Source of the DNA: Promethearchaeota archaeon
GTDB taxonomy: Archaea > Asgardarchaeota > Lokiarchaeia > Sigyniarchaeales > Promethearchaeaceae
DNA length: 32,000 nucleotides
Direction of reading: 5' to 3'
Assembly: GCA_016933055.1 (NCBI GenBank)
Contig: JAFGBS010000009.1
Coordinates: 480,001-512,000 of the forward strand
Position numbers and translations under genes: made by a program
Notes under the pieces: model-generated
Seen by the model: only the letters and a program-made list of their open reading frames with translations
Database searches by the model: none
What the model was told of the DNA's origin: nothing
In this document: piece by piece, positions 18,095-26,282 of the stretch
How positions within the stretch are numbered: position 1 is the first letter of the stretch
How the letters are laid out: every line of letters begins with the position of its first letter

Positions 18095-19555
18095 TTAGAC
18101 ATATATATTTTCCTTGGGATCGGGGGGGTCTGTATCTTCAATAGGGAATGTATCTTCTTCCAAGATTTGGGTTAATTCCCATTCCCGTTCGTTTCCTTCT
18201 CGATCAAATACTCTCAGGAGATCTAAGGAACTTTCCCCTTTGGTCGATCCAAGAATCATATTAATATAGTACATGTTGAAAGTTTGACGATCTTGATCGG
18301 AGGGAATTGGGGGACCGAGAGTATGGGAATGAATGAATCCTACAATACTCGTATCCATAAAAGGAATTTGGTCTTTATAATATCCGGTTGCAAAAGGAGT
18401 AGAAAAATATCTTGCTGGGAGCCGGAGACGCCATATTACCCATCTATCTAGCTGTACAAAACCACCCATCTCGTTTGGAGCATGTTCCTTGGCCGTTTGT
18501 TTTGCTAAGTTAAGGAACTGCTGAGATATTTGGATTTTTCCAAATCCATAAAATCCTAAACATGCTTTAAGTTCCCTTAGGACTTCTGTTAAGCTATAAG
18601 GTTCACTCTTCAGCCACGTCCGGAGGGAATATAACCTATCAGACAAGGATTGAGTAGATAATTTTTCTACAATAAAAACGGGGAATTCAAATTTTGGAGG
18701 ATCGGGATAATCACTCAAATCCATGAAAACTGCATAATTTTCTCCTAAATCGACGGAATACCTATTTTCATAGTTATCTAATTTCTCAATAGTGAACATA
18801 TTGGACGCTTTCTTAATTTGTTGGGATACGTTGAAGATTTGCTCTTTAATTCTCGTTTTTTTTTGTGCAATTAGTTCTTTCAACCTAGGAGGTGTATATA
18901 ATTCGTCCACTTTTCTTTCAAGTTCGCTATAAGATGGATATTTCCTTATAATTTCCATATCTTTTGGCTCGAGTGTATCAAAAGCATTTATTGCAGTCTT
19001 AAATCGTCCTTTAAATTCTAACAGTAGTGTTCGAGCTAAATCTTGATAGGATTTTATAAATAAACTATTCTCAGGTTCAAGCGTATAAGCTTCTTTATAC
19101 ATATTTAAAGCATGCTCGAAATTTTTTAATTTCTCATACTGGGTTGCTGCGAGATACGTCGCTAGTTGAGCTACTTCGGGATAATTATCGCGCATATACT
19201 CGCATAATTCTACAGCCACACCTGGTCTTTTTATTGAAATAATTATTTCTGCACGCTTTAACAATGCTTCCGCAGGTTCTCCCTCAATTGTATCCAGTTT
19301 TTGATACTGTTCTATTAAAAACCCCTTTATATCTTCCATCATTTTCCCTAAACATTCGTGATTTTCCGAAAGCCGATGCGTGGAACAAAATTTCTTCCCA
19401 CAATATGTGCATTTATTCATATAATTTTGGATTTTGATATTGCAGTAATAACAAAGCTCTAAATTTTCGTAATTATTTGATAATTCCTCGTATAATTTGT
19501 TCTTTTTTTGTTTCCTTATTGTTAAACCCCTCCTATAGAAACATATTAAAAACAA
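18095..19555 (-). CDS. Multidomain AN1 zinc finger / TPR / UEV(E2)-like / JAMM (MPN+) metalloisopeptidase; start is either TTG 19555 or ATA 19519
   Basis: AN1 ligands CYYC..CTYC.KKFCSTHRLSENHEC; TPR-like YEKLKNFEHALNMYKEAYTLEPEN; DYPDPPKFEF...LRTW...LTEVLREL; JAMM PNEMGG...HSHTLGPPIPSDQD. Confidence 0.8.
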   Translation of the reverse strand: MFLICFYRRGLTIRKQKKNKLYEELSNNYENLELCYYCNIKIQNYMNKCTYCGKKFCSTHRLSENHECLGKMMEDIKGFLIEQYQKLDTIEGEPAEALLKRAEIIISIKRPGVAVELCEYMRDNYPEVAQLATYLAATQYEKLKNFEHALNMYKEAYTLEPENSLFIKSYQDLARTLLLEFKGRFKTAINAFDTLEPKDMEIIRKYPSYSELERKVDELYTPPRLKELIAQKKTRIKEQIFNVSQQIKKASNMFTIEKLDNYENRYSVDLGENYAVFMDLSDYPDPPKFEFPVFIVEKLSTQSLSDRLYSLRTWLKSEPYSLTEVLRELKACLGFYGFGKIQISQQFLNLAKQTAKEHAPNEMGGFVQLDRWVIWRLRLPARYFSTPFATGYYKDQIPFMDTSIVGFIHSHTLGPPIPSDQDRQTFNMYYINMILGSTKGESSLDLLRVFDREGNEREWELTQILEEDTFPIEDTDPPDPKENIYV

Positions 19556-19557
19556 TA

Positions 19558-21540
19558 TTATTTTATACTTTGTGCTAGTTCTTTTATTTTATCCCGAAGA
19601 AACGCTGCTTTCTCGAATTCTAAATTATCCGCATACTCTCGCATCAAAGAATCCAATTCATTAAGTAAATCAATCTTGTTTGCTTCTTCTTCAATTCTTT
19701 CCTCAATGGTTTTTTTAAGTGTGCTCTCCGCTTCTTCTTCATCTATAACTTCACGTGAAAGGGATTCTCTTAGTTGTTTTTGGATAGTTTGCGGTGTAAT
19801 ATCATGCTCCCTATTGTATCTAATCTGTTTTGCGCGCCTTCGATTGGTTTCCGCAATTGCTTCCGTAATGGATTTAGTAATTTTATCTGCGTATAAGATT
19901 GCTTTTCCATTTACATTCCGTGAAGCTCGACCAATAGTTTGGATTAGGGAACGTGTATTTCGCAGAAATCCTTCTCTATCCGCATCCAATATAGCAACAA
20001 GGGAAACTTCTGGTAAATCTAATCCTTCTCGTAGCAAATTAATACCCACAACTACTTCAATTTCACCTGAACGTAGTTTTCTCAAGATTTCTGACCGTTC
20101 TACTGTGTCAATATCACTATGAAGATACTTTATTTTTATACCCCGCTCGGCATAGTATTCTGCTATGTTTTCTGCAAGGCGTTTTGTTAATGTGGTTACA
20201 AGAACTCGTTCATTTCGTTGAACCACTTGTCGAATTTCATTTAATAAATCTTCGATTTGATCCTCTGTTGGTCGAATTTCAGTCTGAGGATCTACTAAAC
20301 CGGTGGGACGAATCACTTGATCAGCAATAAGCTTGCTTCTCTCCAATTCCCAATCCCCGGGAGTGGCACTGGTGAAAATAATTTGGTTGATTTTGTTATC
20401 CCATTCAATAAATTTGAGAGGACGATTGTCATACGCTGCCTTTAAACGGAAACCAAAGTCAATAAGATTCTTCTTTCTTGAAATATCTCCTCCTATCATT
20501 CCGTGTACCTGTGGAACTCCTATGTGACTCTCATCCATCACCATTAGATAATCATCGGGAAAATAATCCAAAAGCGTGTAAGGCCTCTCCCCGATCTTCC
20601 TACCATCAAAATAGCGAGAATAATTCTCAATTCCTTTACAAGTCCCAAATTCAAGAATAGTTTCAAGATCATAGTTCGTTCTCTGCTCTAATCGTTGAGC
20701 TTCCGCATATTTTCCTTGTTTTTTGAACTCTTCCACCTCATCGTTGAGATCTTCTCGAATTTGTCTTATAATAGCTTCCAACACTTCAAAATTTGTAACA
20801 TATTCACTAGCTGGAAACAGAAATATTTCATTCACATTTCGTATTGTTTTTCCCGTATATGGATTTACTTCATGAATATCTTCCACCTCATCGCCAAAAT
20901 AAAAGAGCTTGTACCCTAAATTCATCTCTGCGGAGTAGATTATCACAGTATCACCTTTGACTCTGAATAGTCCTGGGCGTATCTCGATATCGTTTCGAGC
21001 ATAAGAGATTTTAACCAATTTTTGGGAAAGATCCCGAATACTCAACGTTTGTCCTTTTTTTATTTTTATAATGCTCTCCTTACGGAAATTTGGGTCACCA
21101 GAAGCGAATATACAGGAAACTGAGGCAATAACTATTACATCACGCCGAGTTAATAATGAACTCATAGCCTTTAAACGATACCAACGGATCTGTTCATTGA
21201 TATCCAGATCTTTTTCAATATATAGACCTTTTTCAGGTACATATGCTTCCGGTTGATAATAATCATAGTAAGAGATGAAATATTCTACTGCATTGTCTGG
21301 AAAAAGTTCCTTCAACTCTTGATACAATTGTGCAGCTAGTGTTTTATTTGGAGCCATCACAATAGTTGGACGTTGCACTTTTTCGATGACTTTCGCAATA
21401 CTAAAAGTTTTACCCGTTCCAGTCGCTCCAAGTAAAGTTATGTATTTATCTCTACGATTGAGAGCATTCACAATATCTTGAATTGCTGTAGGTTGGTCCC
21501 CTTTTGGCATATAGTCAGATTTAACCCTAAACTCGTCCAT
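19558..21540 (-). CDS. uvrB: Excinuclease ABC subunit B
   Basis: GATGTGKT, beta-hairpin YYDYYQPEAY, MDESH, GINLLREGLDLPEV, C-terminal UVR domain LEFEKAAFLRDKI; GGTGA SD. Confidence 0.98.
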   Translation of the reverse strand: MDEFRVKSDYMPKGDQPTAIQDIVNALNRRDKYITLLGATGTGKTFSIAKVIEKVQRPTIVMAPNKTLAAQLYQELKELFPDNAVEYFISYYDYYQPEAYVPEKGLYIEKDLDINEQIRWYRLKAMSSLLTRRDVIVIASVSCIFASGDPNFRKESIIKIKKGQTLSIRDLSQKLVKISYARNDIEIRPGLFRVKGDTVIIYSAEMNLGYKLFYFGDEVEDIHEVNPYTGKTIRNVNEIFLFPASEYVTNFEVLEAIIRQIREDLNDEVEEFKKQGKYAEAQRLEQRTNYDLETILEFGTCKGIENYSRYFDGRKIGERPYTLLDYFPDDYLMVMDESHIGVPQVHGMIGGDISRKKNLIDFGFRLKAAYDNRPLKFIEWDNKINQIIFTSATPGDWELERSKLIADQVIRPTGLVDPQTEIRPTEDQIEDLLNEIRQVVQRNERVLVTTLTKRLAENIAEYYAERGIKIKYLHSDIDTVERSEILRKLRSGEIEVVVGINLLREGLDLPEVSLVAILDADREGFLRNTRSLIQTIGRASRNVNGKAILYADKITKSITEAIAETNRRRAKQIRYNREHDITPQTIQKQLRESLSREVIDEEEAESTLKKTIEERIEEEANKIDLLNELDSLMREYADNLEFEKAAFLRDKIKELAQSIK

Positions 21541-21648
21541 ATTTTCACCTTATTGAATTGATAAGCAAAATTGTGGGTCACCAAAAAATATAATCCCAAT
21601 AAAACAAAAGGAGAGTAATGCATTATAGACTCTTATTCAGAGAAGAGG

Positions 21649-21686
21649 GAATTTGAACAAAGGGAACTATTTACGTGTTCAAATTC
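21649..21686. repeat. Perfect 11-bp inverted repeat with 16-nt spacer upstream of uvrB
   Basis: GAATTTGAACA (21649-21659) and TGTTCAAATTC (21676-21686). Confidence 0.75.
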
Positions 21687-21774
21687 AACGAGGGATTTGC
21701 GATCCCTATTCAGGTTTTTGTATTTTTTAACTCAATTATTGACAGAATAGTATTACAAATCGAAAGTTACATGA

Positions 21775-22005
21775 TTATGAATTTAGATTATCCTCTAATT
21801 TATCGGGAGGTAATTCAAAATCCAGGAGCTTAATGTTTTGAAGTTCTTTTTCAAGAAATTCTTCTATTGCTTTTCTGATTCCGTCTGAACGAGAACTAAT
21901 TATTCCCATTTCTTGTAATTTAGCTAAATTAGTACAATATATTTCGGGTAGAGCAATAGTGATGTTTTGTAGTTTCGCGTCTTCTTCTTTCTTCACAGAA
22001 ATCAT
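21775..22005 (-). CDS. Ribbon-helix-helix (CopG/MetJ-like) DNA-binding protein
   Basis: NITIALPE beta-ribbon, then helix-G-x3-SRSDGIRKAIEEFL. Confidence 0.85.
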   Translation of the reverse strand: MISVKKEEDAKLQNITIALPEIYCTNLAKLQEMGIISSRSDGIRKAIEEFLEKELQNIKLLDFELPPDKLEDNLNS

Positions 22006-22113
22006 CAGCCCATTGTTAATTACATTTTCTGGTTTATATTTTTTATTTCATCCATTTTGTTAATGAAGGCTTATTTGCACTATATTTTTCTCTATTGTAA
22101 TTATACTTATTTT

Positions 22114-23169
22114 ATGGTGTTTAATCCTCTCTTTTGGAGAATAATACTAGTCATAATTTTATCAGTAACAAGTATTGCATTATACATTATTTCCTATCGG
22201 GGCTTTAAGAAAAAAAACTTGTATGGTGGATTTTCTACTCTAAGTTGTGCTTTGTTTCTCTCATTTTTTGGATTATATGGGATATTTTTACCACTTTTTC
22301 CGTGGCCTTATGGACCGTTTTTCGTAATTGTAATATTTATCATTTTAATAGTTAATTTCATAATCTGGATAATTCGAAAAATTCTAAATAAAACCGAAGA
22401 AAAAACAGAACAACAATATAAAAAAGATTTAACATTAAAAGGGGAGTATTTGCGCAAGATCTCTCATTTAGTGGGGATTTTGGTTCCGATCGGATATTAC
22501 TGGGTATATCCTTTTCTGAATAACTGGATCTATTCATTCATTAGTGGCATTGGGAAAGAATTCTATGAGGTATTATGGGGAGATATATCTCTTTATCCTT
22601 ATTCTTCTTTTGACCCCAACGCTCCGGGAGAATTAATCCTATTCACATTATGGATCAGTTTAATGTTTTTTCTCGTTCCAGAATTTATTCGCCTTTTAGT
22701 AAGACCAGAATATTCGATATTTCATGGGATCTTGAAATCCGTACTACGGGCAAAAGAGTATGTTTCTATCGGACCGCAAGTATTATTGATTTTAGGTGCC
22801 GTTTTCGGATTCTTTCTCTCTTCTTTGGGACTCTATTCTTATGAAATTGCTGTATCTGCGACATTTACTGCATGTTTAGCCGATGGTCTCGTTGCTGTGA
22901 TAGGACGAAGATTCGGCAATCATGCTGTGAAACTCATTAACGGTGATAAAAAATCTTTAGAAGGATTTATAGCAGGATTTCTAAGTGCCTATGTGTTTTC
23001 AATGATAATTTTAGGTCCCATTTATGCTGTATTTGCAGCAATAATCTTTTTGATATTGGATATATTTCCAATACCCATTGGTGATAACTTGTTAAATCCC
23101 ATTCTACTGTCAATAGGAGTATGGGGTATGCAAATATTAATTCAATTGCCTATAGGATGGAGTTTCTAG
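22114..23169 (+). CDS. CTP-dependent polyprenol/diacylglycerol kinase family (SEC59/DGK1/VTE5-like) membrane protein
   Basis: LRKISHLVG, ADGLVAVIGRRFG, KKSLEGFIAG and GDNL motifs; many TM segments. Start moved to ATG 22114. Confidence 0.85.
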   Translation: MVFNPLFWRIILVIILSVTSIALYIISYRGFKKKNLYGGFSTLSCALFLSFFGLYGIFLPLFPWPYGPFFVIVIFIILIVNFIIWIIRKILNKTEEKTEQQYKKDLTLKGEYLRKISHLVGILVPIGYYWVYPFLNNWIYSFISGIGKEFYEVLWGDISLYPYSSFDPNAPGELILFTLWISLMFFLVPEFIRLLVRPEYSIFHGILKSVLRAKEYVSIGPQVLLILGAVFGFFLSSLGLYSYEIAVSATFTACLADGLVAVIGRRFGNHAVKLINGDKKSLEGFIAGFLSAYVFSMIILGPIYAVFAAIIFLILDIFPIPIGDNLLNPILLSIGVWGMQILIQLPIGWSF

Positions 23170-24024
23170 TTGAATTTGCTGAAAATAAAAAATGTATTTA
23201 TTTTTGATTTAGATGGGACGATATATCTGGGAGAACACCTCATTCCCGGAGCAAAACAAGTCGTTGAGTACCTTCAACAAAAAGGTGCTTTATTGTACTT
23301 TTTAACTAATAATGGTTCCAAATCTCGGAAAGGGTTTGTTGATAAATTACAAAAAATGAATATCATAGTTTCTGAGGAACAAATACTATCTAGTGGATAT
23401 GTTACTTCACTGAAACTGGGAAGAAAACCAAATATACATAATATTTTTGTAATCGGATCTAATGAACTTATTTCCATGATTGAAAACGAAGGACTTACTA
23501 CCCTTAATTCCCAATATTCTGATTCACAACTATATGCTCCAATCTTAGATGGTTCAATCCATGCAGATGCAATAGTTACATCGATAGACATTCATTTCAG
23601 CTATGCAAAAATACGAACCGCAATGGAATTAATACATCGTGGTGCCGAATTCTATGCAACAAATGGAGATACAACTTTTCCAGAAAAATCTCAGCTATGG
23701 CCTGGAGGGGGGGTAATGTTAAAAGCTGTTGAAGCTTGTGTGGGAAAAGAACCCAACGAAATATTTGGGAAACCAAATATCGCAAGTTTAGAAATGATTT
23801 TAGATCAAGTTAAAGAAAAAGGTTTTAGTAGGAAGGACATGATCTTGATTGGAGATAGATTAGAGACGGATATTCTTCAAGCGAATCGAATGGGAATAGA
23901 ATCCGTCTTAGTGGAAACTGGGGTGAATAAATTCACTGATATCGAGAGTCTTCCTGATAGGGACCAAAGAAAAGAATTGACCCCGACCTATATGATCTCT
24001 TCCATTAAGGATTTACTAAATTAA
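23170..24024 (+). CDS. HAD-IIA phosphatase (NagD/glycerophosphatase-like)
   Basis: DLDGT motif I, LTNN, GKP and GDRLETDI; TTG start immediately follows the upstream TAG. Confidence 0.92.
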   Translation: MNLLKIKNVFIFDLDGTIYLGEHLIPGAKQVVEYLQQKGALLYFLTNNGSKSRKGFVDKLQKMNIIVSEEQILSSGYVTSLKLGRKPNIHNIFVIGSNELISMIENEGLTTLNSQYSDSQLYAPILDGSIHADAIVTSIDIHFSYAKIRTAMELIHRGAEFYATNGDTTFPEKSQLWPGGGVMLKAVEACVGKEPNEIFGKPNIASLEMILDQVKEKGFSRKDMILIGDRLETDILQANRMGIESVLVETGVNKFTDIESLPDRDQRKELTPTYMISSIKDLLN

Positions 24025-25031
24025 AAATTTCGTGGCATAGGTACTTCGAATTTCAACAGGGATTCTGGGAGCTCATCTTGAGTAACTTTAGCAAATTCTA
24101 AGGATGCTGCACCAATAACATATTCTCTATTTTTCTCATCAGCTTTGAAGCGGAGGAATCTTCCTTTCGCTAATTGATGTGCAATATTTGGGTAATTATT
24201 ACTATCATGAATATAATCTGAAGTTGAATTTACTACAAAAATCTCTTGGTGAACTTTATGAAGATTCCCAAAAAGACTGAAGTTCCGAACATGGTTAGCA
24301 GCCCTTTTCCATTTCCATATTTCTGCGTCATCAACAACTGCATTCACCCTTTCTAATTGACGTTTTTCCTTCATATCTCCAATCCTTTTTTTCTTGAGGA
24401 ATGGTTTCATTAATCTTAGTAAAGGAACGGGCAAAATCGGAGCAATAAATGTTATGAATCTTGAAAATGTAAATTTATACATTGGATCCAGAAGCACAAT
24501 CGTAGGAGCGTTAACAGTACCATCCATTAGGCCTTGGAGGATCATTGATGAGCCCCAACAAGTTCCAACTAATACAAAATCCCGTTTATCTAATCCTAAA
24601 TGATGTATAGCAATTCCAATATCTTTTGCTTTTTGGGACATATTGAATTTTGCCAATCTTTTCATACGGCTGGAAGTTTTTTCCCGAGTTTCTAAATAAT
24701 ATAGTTCACAACGTTCATGCATGATTTCGTAGTAATCCTCGAATGTGATTGGCGGAACTGCCCAACCTGGGACTAAAAGAATCGGTCGTTTTGCGATGGG
24801 ATTATCTGGTTTGAAGTGTATAACTCGGATCTCTCCCCCGTCAACTGGAACATGAATGTGGTCCCCTTTTTCATATTTCCAGAATTCTGGAACGTTGTCT
24901 TGATATTTATCTGAAATGAGCTCGCTTGTGTCTTCTTCAATTTCTTCAAGTGATCTTGGGAGTGAGAGAATTTGACCATTAAATAACTGAATAACATCTG
25001 TTTGAGAATTTATCTTAAACACCGTGTTCAT
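24021..25031 (-). CDS. Alpha/beta-fold hydrolase with G-x-C-x-G nucleophile elbow
   Basis: PILLVPGW oxyanion strand, VLVGTCWGS elbow, IVLLDP; ATG 25031 preferred as start. Confidence 0.75.
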   Translation of the reverse strand: MNTVFKINSQTDVIQLFNGQILSLPRSLEEIEEDTSELISDKYQDNVPEFWKYEKGDHIHVPVDGGEIRVIHFKPDNPIAKRPILLVPGWAVPPITFEDYYEIMHERCELYYLETREKTSSRMKRLAKFNMSQKAKDIGIAIHHLGLDKRDFVLVGTCWGSSMILQGLMDGTVNAPTIVLLDPMYKFTFSRFITFIAPILPVPLLRLMKPFLKKKRIGDMKEKRQLERVNAVVDDAEIWKWKRAANHVRNFSLFGNLHKVHQEIFVVNSTSDYIHDSNNYPNIAHQLAKGRFLRFKADEKNREYVIGAASLEFAKVTQDELPESLLKFEVPMPRNF

Positions 25032-25253
25032 TATTGTTAGAGATTGGTAAGAAAAATTTCTACTACATAAAAAGCATATGAAAATTAACATCATAATGTC
25101 ATCATTTTATACAGACTACTACTAGGGTTTCCGTAATTTATTGAATTGTTCACCTCTACATCGATTAAACTTTTAAACCATCAATAATATCGAATAAACT
25201 GTTAGATTAGGATCTGTTATTGGTATCAACTCTGCTTATTATGAAAAAATTAC

Positions 25254-25359
25254 GCCAAGGTCGCCTAGCCTACTTTGTGCTTTTTGCACAAGTCTAGAAC
25301 GGGAAGGCACTGGACTGAAGATCCAGGCATCGGGTGTTCAAATCACCCCCTTGGCACCA
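25254..25359 (+). tRNA. tRNA-Phe(GAA) with a 29-nt D-loop intron; CCA encoded
   Basis: GCCAAGG TC GCCT AGCC [intron] CGGGA AGGC A CTGGA CT-GAA-GA TCCAG GCATC GGGTG TTCAAAT CACCC CCTTGGC A CCA; all four stems pair once the insert is removed. Confidence 0.95.
25271..25299 (+). other. Non-canonical tRNA intron (position 17/17a) bounded by a bulge-helix-bulge motif
   Basis: Central CTAG/CTAG 4-bp helix with 3-nt bulges CCT and AAC; internal hairpin ACTTTGTGC-TTTTT-GCACAAGT. Confidence 0.88.
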
Positions 25360-25452
25360 TTATTAATATCACAAAATGATTTAACTTATTATATAAATTC
25401 TTTCCGCTTCCCTTTTTAAACCAGTATTTGTTTTTAAAAATAAAAGCTGGAC

Positions 25453-26256
25453 ATGTTGAGCAAATTGACTAGGGATCTGAAAAAATCTCGTGAAGCATTT
25501 GAAAAACGAGATGTGGAATTATCCAAAGCTGCGCACACAACTTTCGCTCCGGAGCAGCATCAGCAAGAAAAAGGAAAATACTTAAAATCCATTGTATATG
25601 GAGGGTTAGATGGTATAATTACAACCTTTGCTGTGGTTGCCGGAGTAAAAGGTGCAGAGTTATCTTTGGCTATAGTACTTATATTAGGAATTGCAAATCT
25701 TCTTGCTGATGGTTTATCAATGGGTATAGGTGATTTTCTAAGTAGTAAATCTGAGATAGAATATCAAAAAAAGGAACGAGAAAGAGAGACATGGGAAGTA
25801 GATAATTTTCCAGAGGGTGAAAAGCAGGAATTAATCGAACTTTACCAACAAAAGGGGCTTAATGCAGAAGATTCCAAGAAAATTGTTGATATATTTTCAA
25901 AAAATAAGAAAACATGGATAGATATTATGATGATTGAAGAATTAGGTATTATCGAAGAAACCGAGTCACCCATCGGTAATGCTATTGCAACATTTATTTC
26001 TTTTGCTTTATTCGGCGCAATACCATTAATAACCTACGTTCTAGCATTATTTATTGATCCTTTGAAAAATAATCAGATCCTCTTATTCATAATCGCTTGT
26101 ATAGTTACAAGTATCACACTGTTTATATTGGGAGCATTAAAAACAAACATTACCGGAAAAAAATTCTGGATTTCAGGATTAGAGACTTTCATTGTGGGAG
26201 CTATTGCTGCTACCGCTGCTTACTTAATCGGATTTGGTTTAAGTTTCTTGATTTAA
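25453..26256 (+). CDS. VIT1/CCC1 family iron/manganese transporter
   Basis: LKSIVYGGLDGIITTFAVVAG, NLLADGLSMG, ERETWEVDNFPEGEKQEL, MMIEELG, FISFALFGAIPL. Confidence 0.95.
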   Translation: MLSKLTRDLKKSREAFEKRDVELSKAAHTTFAPEQHQQEKGKYLKSIVYGGLDGIITTFAVVAGVKGAELSLAIVLILGIANLLADGLSMGIGDFLSSKSEIEYQKKERERETWEVDNFPEGEKQELIELYQQKGLNAEDSKKIVDIFSKNKKTWIDIMMIEELGIIEETESPIGNAIATFISFALFGAIPLITYVLALFIDPLKNNQILLFIIACIVTSITLFILGALKTNITGKKFWISGLETFIVGAIAATAAYLIGFGLSFLI

Positions 26257-26282
26257 GGATAAAAAAGGAATTTTGAAATCCC

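Noticed and set aside
21654-21681. Gram-positive SOS box (GAAC-N4-GTTC) upstream of uvrB
   Set aside because: The GAAC and GTTC half-sites are 18 nt apart rather than 4, and no LexA gene is in the window.
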